DNA of 64,000 bases from Ylistrum balloti (taxonomy: Eukaryota). The notes below the pieces were generated by a model, which did no database searches, was not told the origin of the DNA, and saw only the letters and a program-made list of their open reading frames with translations. Below are positions 38,389-52,573 of the stretch, piece after piece (the stretch's first letter is position 1; each line of letters starts with the position of its first letter). The DNA lies in NCBI RefSeq assembly GCF_031769215.1, contig NW_026782196.1, forward strand, positions 806,001-870,000, written 5' to 3'. A program made the translations under genes and the position numbers.

Positions 38389-41300
38389 AAGCCAGAGCTG
38401 TCAGAACAGTAGATATGAGATGATGTACATACATACAGTATTTTAAATTTGATAGCTTAGCAGATAACAGTTTGCCAAAAATATCTGGTGAGGACAAGAT
38501 GTATATATATATATTTACACGTGTTATAATCAGGGCAATTGCTGGGTTATTTCATGTTATCACTAAATTTTCTCATATAGAATATCATTAAAAATTTGAT
38601 GTCTATACTTAAAGATTTGTTAAAATGAGATTTATCACCTGAAGAATGACTTGACGTATCCTAATAAATGATTTAATACTGGCCATGTTTACAACATAAA
38701 CTGCTATAGTTTCTGTTCCATAAGGTTTGTGGTACATCAAGTGTACATACTACACCATAAAAACTCACCAAGTCACGCATAATTATGCAAATGAGGACAG
38801 TTTTTATCCATACTTTATAAATTGCATGCACACACAAGATGACGTTCATGGTTATTCCTGCCAGAAATGTGGATTAGGAAATATGTTAATTATTTCTCAC
38901 ATGTAATGTCACCACCTGAAGTGATCTTAATCTAGCATCACATAAATGCTGCAGCAGGACACTTTACACATCATCATACACCAAAGAATTAGCGAATTGG
39001 AAACTGACATCAGGTCCAAATTTGGAAATGAAAAGTCATGAACAAAACTAGAAAAATTATTAGAAAAACAATTTTTACACAAAGTTATGAAAAATGTTAG
39101 ATAAACTCCTGAGAATTTTTGGAGTAGAAAATCTGAGAATACTTAAGTACACTTACAAAACATTTATACCTGATTTTACAGTAACCAAATTGTTTTTTTA
39201 ATAATATCAAGATATTTGATGAAGTTAATGAGAATTCATAAAAAAATATTTCACAAAAAATTATTAATCATGCAGAATGCATAGATCTTCAAACAGGGCA
39301 TTGAGTATCAGACTGACTGGCTATCTTTAATGTCGCTTGCATTCATTCCCGGTTTGAAACTTGGAACCCAGAACTCAAGATATCCATAAGCTAGATCAAA
39401 ATTGCTATTCTTATTTGCTAAGCCTGGAATGACATGATATATATGACTGCAGATGTATTTACTGTGTATCTGACTATATTGTAAGGTCTGTGTACATATG
39501 TGATGTACCAGCTACTACCACAGATGTTCTGATCCATCAGTTAGGTAACCGGCCATACAGCTCTCATCACTAGCCTAGATCTCTTTTAACAACCAGCAGT
39601 CCCCTTACCCTTATCATCAGCTGGACTTATCTTAACAGGAAATTCAAATTTATACACTCAGTAAATTTCAAAGTTTATAACACTTCACCAGAAAAACTCC
39701 AGAGTTCAATGGAGGAATTATATATGAGAATTTGATTGCTGATTATAAGACTGATACCAAATGTAACTTATTATAGTATATGAAAATTTCAAACACTTGA
39801 ACATGTTCTAAATGCGATGCAGGGTAATCACATGATGACTTGACCTCCGAGTGTAGCATGCAAATGTATGAATGAAAATGTCAATAGACATGAATTGTTT
39901 TATCTTTTGTCACCAAGTTAAACCTCAGAACTTTCACCAGTCTAAATACTTGTCTTGATATTTTTCGTTGATATCAAAAACAAAATCTCCGAATGACAAG
40001 CATCTGTTTTCTAAAGGTTCCAGAACAATCTGCAGTAAAATGGTCATCTTACACCGGTCTATCCCTATGGTTGATCAATCTGCAGTTCCAGTCTTACTAA
40101 CCAGGGGATGAAAGAAAAATATTCACCCTGCGAGCAGAATGATTAACATGCTGGTCAGGCTGTGATGACGATGCTGTGATCATGTTTCAAGCAGTCCTTC
40201 CGACATGCAGTGTGGCATGACATTCAGACATTTTTTTCTGAATGGTCATTTGTTTAACCTTCCACTATCTGGACAGTCTCCCATTGATCCTGTGTAACTT
40301 GAAGGACATGCTCCATGAAAAGATCTTCTCATATCTTGTGAAATTAAAGAAACCATTATGCTGGAAAGTTGGGCAGAGTAATTTTGTAAGAGAAGAGACT
40401 GAGTTAAAATTTTGCTGAGAACTTTCAATGACTTTGATTTCAGATATTTCTTTTAAATTCATTAATGTCTAATTTTCATGTATCTGCCAAATAAAAATTC
40501 TTCAAGATTTTGGCGATCAACAGGAATTTCATGATACACTGAAGAATTTCAACAATCATGCATTTGTGCACACACAGACACACACATAAAAACACTTGAT
40601 TAACAGATAGTTATAGAGCCATACAACGGACAAGCCAAGATAATCAGGTGACTGAGAATAGTGTAAACTTTTCCTGGTGTGAACAATCAGCTGAGTATGG
40701 TGTACATGTGTGAGGAATGAGGATGCTGGGCAGATTTACCCTTGGGTGGCACTGATGATACACTACTTGTGTACTTGTGTGCAGCTGCTGGTCATGTACC
40801 ACACTTAATCATATTGCCATCAAAAGGATTTTTTATTTCATGTTATCTCCGAACATCAATCTACGTGATGTGTCTTGGTTTCTAATCATGAACAGGTCAA
40901 TATCAATTGTTACCAAAAATTGTGTTTTGTATAATAAATCTGGTGGTAATATTCTGTCACTTTACTGATGTAGTCAAGGTTGTGGTGAAGCTTGAAATAT
41001 TATCATTCAAGGCCTGCTGTCAAGCTTTGACTATACCTAGTCTTGCCTCTGTTTATAATTTATAATTGACATGCACCCCTATTCAGGATCATGGCAAAGC
41101 TTTAAATTAGGAGCAGCAGTCAAGCTTTAAAGTGACATCACAGTGAAACAATTATTTTGGCCTTTTTATTATACGGAATCAGAAATCTCTCGCTGTTGAT
41201 CAATAGACTAGATATGTAAATTTTTAAGTAAAATATGATAATGCATACGCAGACCAAATCATCTATAAACAAAATGTCCTCCAGCATGAATAAGCCACCG

Positions 41301-44300
41301 TATAATAAGGTATCAGCATCAGCCACATAGTGGAACATGTGTTTGACATCAAAATAAAATGATTTTGTTATCAAAAAAGTTTTTTTGGTGTATTATAAGT
41401 CCAAAAATCACATGTTTACATGCTGTGTCACTACTGTCACCATTATCTGTCTCCACCATCACCTGCTCATGTATACAAATTAACTGTTCATTTTCAAAAC
41501 TGTCACAAGATGTTATCATCATTATATTTGAGAGGGGTTTCCCGATCAAACCGAGAGGTCAAGCTGGACATCAACTGTGATAATTAGGATAGCTTGGAAA
41601 AATAACTGTGTACTATCAATAAAACAAAATAACAATTTTACTGTAATGTCGCTTTAAAGAAAACAGATCATGCCACTTTCTTAACACAATCTTTCAAACC
41701 CAGTCAAGCTTTATCCAAACCAAATTAACCTAAAAATCCTATTCAGTCTGAACCATGTGATTCAGGGCCATGGTGAAGCTTCAACAAAACCGGGTCAGGC
41801 CCGATTCAGGGCCATAGTGAAGCTTGAACTATATCTATATTCGGTGCTGGCATTGATGCCCAGCAGTCAACTTTAAACTGTTGAACTAAGCCTTTACACT
41901 CCTCCTACGCTTAAAACAGAATTACTGATACATGTAGGTAATTTGGGATACAAATTCCATCTAACTCTCTATGTGGTCGAGTTGTGAAAGGAGGGAATTG
42001 GATAAAGACGCATCTTTGAAGGTTTATCATCTATCTTTAATTCAAAGGTTGCTAAGTAACCACATTTTAAAGAGATACTTAAATATCATTTTTTATCATC
42101 AATGAATTATATTCTGACTGCATGCATGTTACCCTGCTGATTGTAGCCCAGGACCACAAGCAAAAATACCCATCTGTATGATTATATCCTGGAGACCTCA
42201 GTATCTCTACCATTGCTTAGAAAATGATGGGAATGAACACCTTGCAGTTTTTGAAAACATTTTTTCTTCTAAATATGTCTCCATTAATTTTGAACTCATG
42301 TTTCTCCTTTGTGAAACATTTCATCACAGTACAGGTATGCTTTTATAAAAGAAGACTAAGGATGTAGATTGTCTGTCGGAGTTACAGGGGTCAAGGTCAC
42401 AGATGAATCTGAGAATTTTTACTAATCTGACAATGTCAATCTTTATATTTCCAATCACCCATAAGAAGCTACCTCAATGAACAGCTTTCTTCATGCATTT
42501 GTTTGTCACCTGGGTTTATCATGAACTGCCAAGGTTAATGTTAGATAGAGACTCCATAGTAACTGTTGGTTACATCACTGAACAGTTTACTGAGTGTCAT
42601 GACTACAGCACAGACCAGAGAAAACCCTTGGGTAGATAGTGATGAACCACTAACCTCAGATCTTCACCGAGGTTAAGTAGGTCACTTAAGTAGGTCATTT
42701 AGGAACTTTACAATACTTTGGCAGTAGAGAAATTGTGTTAAATTTTACTTCATTGGTAACAATTATGAAACACAAACACTAAAGATATAATTTTTTGACA
42801 CAAAGGGAAATATCTTTTTCACATGTAAACCTCACACTTTAAGGCACCAAACGGACATGACAGATTAAAAATGGCGTCAAGCTACTCAGGATGACAATAG
42901 AAGCCATACTGTCTTCACCATCAACATGCCTCCTTAGAAATAGAAATGGTGGCCATGTGACCTCAATTATCCAATGAGATGAGTAGATTTTATTGAGATC
43001 AAATGTGAATACATGGATAATTATGTTCAGAGGTGAAATAATTGATTAACCTATAAACAGGGAGAAAGTGTTCTCAGATTATAGGTAGAAATTCCTGATC
43101 AAGTGAGACTTCTGTAAGGTTGGGAAGGGAAAGACAAAACATGTGGTATGATCTGTTTAAGATATAATTCTGATAAAATATACAAAGTGTAAAATACCGA
43201 CAGCTGTAGTATGTACTTGATAAACTGTAGTAAACTATTACAGTTACTTTATACTTGGGGGATTGAGGGAGTTTGTTACTATAAAACCAGGAATGTGCTA
43301 AGATAGATTTGGCTTAACTGTAGTCTCAAATATGTGTTTACATTGCAAATTTCCCTGTAGAAAAGTTAGCATCACTTATTCTTGATAGTACTAATATTTC
43401 AGAAAAGGACTTCTTTTTCGATGGGATAGTGGGAGTGTCGGGGCACATATAAGAGAGAATACACAAAAGATGTAATAAGGATATGGGAAACTTAGATAAA
43501 TACTGACTCAAACTACATATTCTGTACTTATATTACTCAGCTAGCTCGCCTAATTTAATCTAATAACTCAAACAGCCACATTTATCTAAATTTTGTTTTC
43601 TTGAACCAACCATTTCCTGAGATTAAGATAAACTGTATCTTCCTCCGGATTAATGAGTTTCATAAAGACTTCACTCTCCTTTTTCTGGAATTTCAATTTG
43701 AATTTTAAAGAAAATTTAATTCAAAGAGCTTTTAACTGCCCTGCAGGTAGCTCAAACTTAATTTGTGTTCTTGTAATCTTGTAATCACAGTCAAGTTGGT
43801 GCCGAATGAACCAGACAATTGTCTCAGAACTCATATGATTCAAAATTCAGCATCTGAAGTCTGAACTTTCCCACACTAATGTTCTTTCATACAATTCATG
43901 GTAAACAAGTACACTCACTTTATCTATAGCTGTTTAGCTAGTCAGTGCATGATTTTAAATGGGACAGAATATTTTTTTAAAATTTGGTGCAGTACACCCA
44001 TTGTTAGAATAGGGACACACATAAACCAGGCCAGCTGCTGATTTAATAAATTTACTAAGGACAATACACAAGTAGTGAAATAGGTTCTGTTGAGAATATC
44101 TCTAATATCCATGTATATCTGTTGACCTCTGCAGCTAGTTTTCTTATTTTATGTGAAGAACAGGTAACTACAAAAGAACACAAAGCTGTCATCTGGAGTC
44201 TGTAGCATTAATCTGTCATCTTTAAGTACAAATTTATAGAGGTGTACATGTTTTTAAGGTGCAATGAAATACAATTAGTCAATATAACATGGAGTTCCAT

Positions 44301-47014
44301 CACAGGAACGTGTAACCTATGTCAGCCAGTAACAAGACTGATCAAACAAGGGCCTCATTACTTTATACAAACTAGTTGTAAATTATCAACCTTAGGATTA
44401 CACTTGTAATATATACTTTATAAAGATTTGGGGGTCTTTTCAGGTAAAACGAGATGAACTTAAAGGTAAATTGATTGTACTAAGATTGGTACAGAAGCTG
44501 ATCACAACTAGAGAAATTAATCCTTAATCAAATATGTGATTATATACCTGCTTGATTTCATTATCATTACACCTTTTATCCAGGTACCTCTTTATTAATC
44601 AACTCATATTCTCGTCAACTTCAAAACTTCAAACTTAGATGTATCATATGTCTCTATCTAATTGCATTGAATAATCTATAGTGTCTTTGACAGTCATTTT
44701 ACTTTCTAAGTTAGACTTAAAAGAGATCAAAACTTTCAATAACAAAAATGTAAGCATGGTTGATGAAACATACGGGTACAACATACAAGATAAGATGATA
44801 GGGATGACCAAACTTTGCTGACCACTCAGGATGCTGTGAGGGGTGTACATGTACTGTAAACACAAATACATATTTTCCACATGTACTGTGAAGAGATATT
44901 TATCACTGTCCTGCTGTACTTTGGTTGTGCCCGATGATTACTGTTATTTTAGCATGTGTTAGATGCCTGTTAAGCACAGAGTAGGGAAGGCTCTGGAGGA
45001 GGTTCTCATCAGAAGTCTAGAAGTAGGGGTCGGCTGCTGGTAATGTTCACACCTGTATATCTGAAGACTGTCGATTCTGACAAGGTTTGACATGTCTGCA
45101 CTTCTCCTATAACACTTAAAGGGTCTGGACATAAATATACTACCCCTGTCTGAGACAATGATAATCTTATCAACCTACACGTAACACAGTAAGTAGTCAT
45201 TTCTGAAACAGCATAGCACCCGAAACGAGGGGCGATATATATATACATGTATATATGAAGTGCATTTATGGGTTTTTTAGTTTTTACATGGAAGTATGTA
45301 TGCAATGCTGTGCCATAAATATTGCATAATGTACCACTCCATAAGCACATACAGTATGTAATGTGACTAATGCATAATTTATAGAAGAAATATGTTCTTC
45401 TAAGGCTGAAATCTAAAGCAATCTGATAATTTACTATCAAACACGTTTTACAGATATTAGCATGCTAAGATGTACTCATAACAATTGAAACAGCACTGCT
45501 TGGTCATGGATGTGCACAAGTGTATGGGCCCCCTCATCTTGATTTAGAACAAGACAACAGTGATATATAAAGATGGCATCTTTGATCTTTTACCTGAATG
45601 ACCATGAGGCATAATGACATATAATTATATTAATAAGCTGCCTTTTGCCCAAGAAGTCATGAACACATCACTTTCAAAAATATTCAATATCCTCCAGCAT
45701 TGCTTATCATCAGGTCATTATAGTTTACTTCTATGCTATTTGTAATGAACAAAACAAGTTCATTTGCATCCGAAATGAAGACAAATAAAACATCTTAATT
45801 TAATACTATTTAAACATGCTGCATATAATCTAAAACAGTCAAACAAAATGGATTCACCGTTAATCCTACCGAAATATCTCTCTCGGAAAAAACCCCAAGA
45901 ATAACTCTTTTCAAGTACATTTTACAATTCAATGCATGCATATGGAATTTCTAATCAAGAGGGAAGTAGGCCTAGCATGTCCTTTGTACTCGAAGTATAT
46001 GGGTGACAGGTGAGTGTGATAAATGACAAGTCAACATACACACAGCTGGTGACTCTGAAAACCTCACTTTTTTTAAAGGTCTTGTGTTAACAATCTGCCT
46101 GTCAAAATTACCAAATACTGGATAAGCCTGCACTTGAGGGCATTCTACCAACCATACTCCTGTGGTGTATAAACTCTGTTAAACAACCACTTCAAAGTGT
46201 GCCCTAAAATAAATATTGGACAGGACCTGATCGACACTGTAACCTGTAAACTCCAAAAAGGAGACATTTAGAAACTTTACATTAACCTAGCAAATATTTG
46301 GAAAGCTTATCTACCATACAATGTGTGATGCCAGTATATAATGTTCTATAGCCAGCTGTAGCTAAATACCTCGATTGTCACTACAGATGCCAAAACACAG
46401 CCCAGTTACAGAAATTACAATTGACACAATTTCTTTTTTATTGTTTCAGACTTTTATGTGAAAGTGAGCATCAAACATCAGAGATAAAAAATGTATGCTA
46501 TCATTTCCACCCAACAAAGACATTCAAATTGCTGGTTGATCTTTAGACCATCACTGACACCAAACTTTAATGCATCTGACAGTAGCAATTAAATGATGAT
46601 AATGGGGTTGGAATAAATCAAGACACACTACAAGGGCCGAATTCACAGAGGGTCCTATGTGTTTTCTATCAAACTGATCCAACTCACTGGATTAAAGCCA
46701 GAGAACTTGATCTCTTGGTTAAGAAATGTGGATGATTCAGCATGAAATACCATTCGTTTGTGTACCACCATGATTCAGGGTTCAGCATCAGTACCAGGAT
46801 ACAAGAAACTCATCTGTACCTAACATTGCTTTTCAGCATGAAACATTTATACTTGTATCTTCAAATCATGCCCCAGTATACAAACCATTTGCACTCAAGA
46901 CTCCAATTTTTTAAACAGACTCGGTTTATTTATGAGTAACTTAGCATCAATGCAGGATGGGTGAAGGTTAGCTTTGTAAGTGTGGGCGGTGGAAGTTGAT
47001 TGGGCGATTTGAGA

Positions 47015-47712
47015 TGGCAGGTAAACGAGAAGTGATAATCAAAATGTTAAGGTAAATATGAGGATGATTACAATGATTGGACCCTATTTGTGGAGGTGGG
47101 AGGTAAACGAGAAGTGATAATCAGTGTTAAGGTAAATACAAGGATAATTACAATGATTGGACCCTATTTGTGGAGGTGGGAGGTAAACGAGAAGTGATAA
47201 TCAGTGTTAAGGTAAATACAAGGATAATTACAATGATTGGACCCTATTTGTGGAGGTGGGAGGTAAACGAGAAGTGATAATCAGTGTTAAGGTAAATACA
47301 AGGATAATTACAATGATTGGACCCTATTTGTGGAGGTGGGAGGTAAACGAGAAGTGATAATCAGTGTTAAGGTAAATACAAGGATAATTACAATGATTGG
47401 ACCCTATTTGTGGAGGTGGGAGGTAAACGAGAAGTGATAATCAGTGTTAAGGTAAATACAAGGATGATTACAATGATTGGACCCAAGGATAATTTGGAGG
47501 TGGGAGGGAGAAGTGGTGTTAAGGTAAATACAAGGATGATTACAATGATTGGACCCTATTTGTGGAGGTAATCGAGAAGTGATAATCAGTGTTAAGGTAA
47601 ATACAAGGATAATTACAATGATTGGACCCTATTTGTGGAGGTGGGAGGTAAACGAGAAGTGATAATCAGTGTTAAGGTAAATACAAGGATGATTACAATG
47701 ATTGGACCCTAT
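47015..47712. repeat. 80-bp minisatellite (~8 copies)
   Basis: Unit gaggtgggaggtaaacgagaagtgataatcagtgttaaggtaaatacaaggataattacaatgattggaccctatttgtg. Confidence 0.96.
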
Positions 47713-47949
47713 TTGTGGAGGTGGATGAGAAGGAGAGGGTAAATAGAAGGGTTAGGGAGACAATGGAGTAAAATTATTAACCAGTAAATAGGTAAGTTGA
47801 TACATAATTAAGTGGGTGACCCATTAATTGAGAGTTAATGAGCATTTGAGTGAATGCACATAGAGGTTGAGCAGGGTTGGAGCATAGATAATGTGAGGTA
47901 AATGAGACATAATCAAAGTTGACTAATCAACTGATCAAAGTTGGTTGAC

Positions 47950-48245
47950 TGGGAGGTAAATGAGTAGATGTGAATCATGGAGGGGTGGCTGGGAGGTAAA
48001 TGAGTAGATGTGAATCGTGGAGGGGTGGCTGGGAGGTAAATGAGTAGATGTGAATCGTGGAGGGGTGGCTGGGAGGTAAATGAGTAGATGTGAATCGTGG
48101 AGGGGTGGCTGGGAGGTAAATGAGTAGATGTGAATCGTGGAGGGGTGGCTGGGAGGTAAACGAGTAGATGTGAATCGTGGAGGGATGGCTGGGAGGTAAA
48201 CAAGTAGATGTGAATCATGGAGGGGTGGCTGGGAGGTAAATGAGT
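47950..48245. repeat. 40-bp G-rich minisatellite (~7 copies)
   Basis: Unit gggaggtaaatgagtagatgtgaatcgtggaggggtggct. Confidence 0.96.
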
Positions 48246-49199
48246 AAAGGTAGATCATGGTGGAGTGGGTACCCTTGTGTGTATTGACTGGAAACAGGGA
48301 ATTCAGTAATTGATAGGACATTAAGGGTACCTTATAATTGAATTGAAAAGCAAATGTGTTATGAGAAATGCAATAACATTCATTACCAACATGACACTTG
48401 GACTTACACAACAGGTATGATAAACCAGCTTACTACTGTGCATTAGGTATACACGGTTGTAGGTACTGTCATTTCCACCTCAACAGCCAGAGAGTGCTAT
48501 AGATATAATAACTAAGGAGATTCAGATTATGCATAATGCTGACTGAATATAGTCAGTATACATACACACACCACTCCATAGCTAGGCCTGGACACTAGCT
48601 ACCTGCAGGTACCTGGCGTTAGTACTACACATCTAATAGCCAACGTGTGTCCAGCATATGTTGTTGATGAACATATATGTGACATTCATCACATGTGTAG
48701 AATACCTCAGAGTTGTGATACACTCCAAACCACTCATTTATCCAGAAGTACGCCTACAACCTAATTTACATCAATTAGTAAAGACTAACTGAAATTTGTA
48801 TACCACTGTATATCCCCGTGTGTTTGCAATGAGAATGACACAACTTGTGACGTTTCACGTAAATCATGAATAGGATGCATGTAAATTGTGGTCTATCTGT
48901 GTCACTGCGTGAGGGTGTGTACACATGTGTAAGCAAATGTATCTGTAATAGAACCTTATTAATTTTGTGTACATCAATACATAAGATAAATATGATACAA
49001 TGTAAGACTTATCAAATATATTAGCATTGTAAAACATAACAAGTAAACCTATTATATATGGTCTACATTGTTGCAGGAATGTACATATGAGTTATATGGT
49101 GCATATCATTTGAAAAGGCTAATATCCATCATCGCTGTTTGCCATTAAGTCATGATTTAAGGTGTTGAAACTTCTATTGTCTCGGCGTTACAGTTGAGT

Positions 49200-50100
49200 A
49201 ATCACACATCTATACAATTTGCGCCCGCTGAGTAAATAAGCGGGTCTAACCATTTTATAACGCTGTGTATATAAAAAAAGACACCTTGTAATACAGATTG
49301 GTTGTAATTCAATATGAGGATCAATTTGTCCACAGAGTCTTGATCGTCAACATTACATTATAGGAGAGGAAACATACCTGTAAATGTATGGGCACTTTCT
49401 TGACTGGGGTACGGTTAGTCATTTTGTCACGCAAACAAGTAGCTGTTCTGCCAAGAGGTATGCGAATAAATTAAACTTCCGCTCTGTATCACTACTCAAT
49501 TCAACACGTGCAGAATCCCGGCGTTTTTAAAACTGAATGCAAGCAATGAGGTCAGTGTGTAGGATTAGCATCCCCAACCAGAGAGTCCTGTATCACTAAA
49601 TTGTCGATGTCGGGCAATCGTTGACTTGTCACTACTCTATGGCGACTGAAACTCACTCCAGACTATGTAACATTAACATAAACAGTGCACACAGTCAAAC
49701 CATCAAACGAACCGCGGGACCAGGCCTTACACACAAACCCACTATCGCTCCTATACACACAAAATATGGATGCCGCCTTAGGATCGATACTGCACAGCCA
49801 AGGCCCGGCGACTGGCATACGGTAACCGTCTTCCGGAAATAGGCCGCCGGTATTTTCATAATAAATGCACGTGGTTTCACAATGACGCGTGAAATTTAAT
49901 TCCGAGGTTAGCCTACTCAATGAAAACAACGTGACATAGTTAGGAATGCAGGCGTATTTGTGAGTATGTAGTCGTGTTTATACACTGTAATTCAACACAT
50001 ATGGGACTTGACGATCTCACGTGCGTAAGGTGCAATGCACATGTTCGGCAAGGATATATTGAAGCAGCGAAGAGTATTACATAATACAACACTCTATTGA
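49200..50100. promoter_or_regulatory. CpG-enriched promoter region of the DPYS/CRMP gene, possibly bidirectional
   Basis: Visibly CpG-rich against a CpG-poor background and contains exon 1. Motifs: ETS CGGAAGT (minus, 49475-49481), palindromic TTCCGGAA (49831-49838), E-boxes CACGTG (49505, 49868, 50018), TGACGCGT (49883). Confidence 0.7.
49378..49422 (-). CDS. DPYS: Dihydropyrimidinase/CRMP coding exon 1 (MTNRTPVKKVPIHLQ)
   Basis: ATG at 49422 with A at -3, 15 codons, then CAG|GTATGT donor in phase 0. It joins exon 2 to give ...KKVPIHLQ|SAQSRL..., matching the N-terminus I recall for Drosophila CRMP (PVKKVPIHLQSAQNR). It sits at the edge of a CpG-rich region. Confidence 0.93.
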
Positions 50101-52573
50101 CTATAGACGTGAAGCTTACAGGTTTTCATGTTTTGTCTACCGATTTTCTAATATAAATACTATGTTTTTGGGTTTATTACTTACAAAAGAAATCTCCAAC
50201 TTTGATTTGTTTCTGACTTTTTGAGCAGCGGAGGACCTACCAAGGTATCATGTACCGGATCAGATCCAAGCTACATATATTGGTTTTTGATGGGATAAAA
50301 AACACTGTTTAGACAAATAACATAAATTAGGCTACCATAGCTTAAAGATTCCAATTAAATTGAAAGAGACGTGCAGTTACATTTATAAATAATACAAAAA
50401 CAAGTAATTTTTACTGGACTAACTATGAAACCGGATTTGGAAATTTAGCTATAATGCTTTATGTGTCTTTCCACACTGACAACTTATTAAATACATTGTA
50501 AATCACGTTTTGGTTTTTTTTATTATTTTCTTGTAGTATTAATTGATGATTTGACTCAAATGTGGTAACTACCATTGCTACACTATGTAAGGAACTACAT
50601 TCACATTGTTAGAACTAAATACAAGGATAATTAAGGTATCTAGGCTTATTAAGTGTTTACAATCAAAATGAAAGACAACAAGCAAAGCCTAAAAACTGCA
50701 ACCATTCTTTGGTTAATACTTTTAGTATATTATACAACCTGATACAACAGGAGATAGCCATATGATTAAAATATTTCAACCATTCATTTTCAAGTGATTT
50801 GGCTTGAATTGCAAATAATATCCCATCTTTTCAGCCTAAATCATCCACACAATATTATACAGGTACTGTAATATATCAGGTGTGGTTGATTCTTGTAATG
50901 GTCGAAGGGAAACAACTCATGTTTGTCCTCAAAGTAAAAGTTTGGACCCAACTGGCATGATATTGTAAAGGGAAATAACCAAGTATTCTTTACCATGGAA
51001 TTAGTTTTTTGTCTATCAAATAGATGAAAATGTCATTAATGCAGCTCTGCATTTTATCTTTTTATGTTTAGTCCACCACCTCTTCTTTAGCCAAGAATAA
51101 ACAAGAGTTTTCTGAAATACATTTTGAAAGCAGATTAGAAACACATAATTGCTAAGATTTGCACTCATTGTATGAATACTGTATATGAATGTCAGACTAT
51201 TTCACAATTGAAAATTTTCATAGAATTGGACAATTTATTTTGGAGAAAATAGATTTGCTAATCACTCTTACATCATTCACAGAATATATTTGTATGACGA
51301 ATATCTTAAGTTCTTGAATTAATGAGGATCTGGTGTTTCTAGGTGATATTTTCCAAGACGAAACAGTTAGGGTATGTGTGATGGATATATCCTCTCATGT
51401 GTCTGCTCGGAAATTCTTGAACTTTTTCTTTATTAGTCTGATGTTCTATTTAAGTTGTGTCAGAAACAAAAGCTGCTAATATTTTACTGGGGTGATACTC
51501 CTACATATTTACATACACAGCACAATTAACCTATTGTGGTCTCTAAAACATAACTCAGTTCTTAGACCATCCATGTACACTAGTAATCACATGGACATAC
51601 CAGAAACACGATGGGGAGAACTCAAGCATAGCTCTAAATTGCCACTAAAACACAGTGAGATAAATTGCAGTTTCTGTATCCCAGACAAACTAACTACAGG
51701 GATGTGTTATCTTGCTGGTATGCAAAGGAATTATTCATGGCTTTTGTTTTGACATTGACACAAGCTAGACAGCAGGTTCACAAAAAGGAGCAAAAAATCT
51801 GATGTTATGGGAACTCTTAAATTACAGTCAAATACTAACGCAGCTTTTACCATGATTTAACGAGAAATTGATGTCCATACTTTTGGTTTGAGAAATTTGT
51901 TAAATAATTACAAGTAGTATTGTATTTACTTTCTGATCTCCACGGAGGACAAAATAATCGGAACAATCTGGGAACTGTCACGGTTCTGGTTTGTCTTTAT
52001 CATATTGAGCATAATTAACATTGAACAGTTACCAGATGCTAGTTATACAGCCATTGTGAATACAATTAGGATAACATACACTCTATATCATTATTATTAC
52101 TGGCCTATTTGGGTATCCAATAAAATCTCAAAATAGCTGATAGGCGGTCATCCTGAATGTTCTCATTAAAACCTGTATTGAGCTTGTCACACGATTCACT
52201 TCAATAGTTCTTCAGAAATAGTGGCAACAATTTCACTTTTAGATATTGAAACTCAAAATGGCCAGTGTCGGCCATCTTTGAATATCAGATCAGATAAAAT
52301 GGGTAGCCTGTGCAATAAGGATTGACCAACACTTAACATTTTTGAAAAGTCTCCAAGAAATCTCTTAAGTGTTCTTCAGGAAAAGCTGAACCAAAAAAGG
52401 CTTTTACAGGACGGAATGACAAACAGATTGGCTGAAGGAGGACCTAGGGAGAAAAGTGATTTGTAAAGTACAACATGTAGATCTGATGATGGTGGACTTC
52501 ACATTTATTACAATGTCAATTTTATATAAAGTATTGTACAACAATGACATGAGAAACCGCTTTTCACACCTGA

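Noticed and set aside
45585-45620. Very short ATG-to-donor frames in intron 1 (MSLCLMVIQ|GTAAAA here; similar ones near 19195 and 19620)
   Set aside because: Too short to tell from chance in a 32 kb intron without transcript data.
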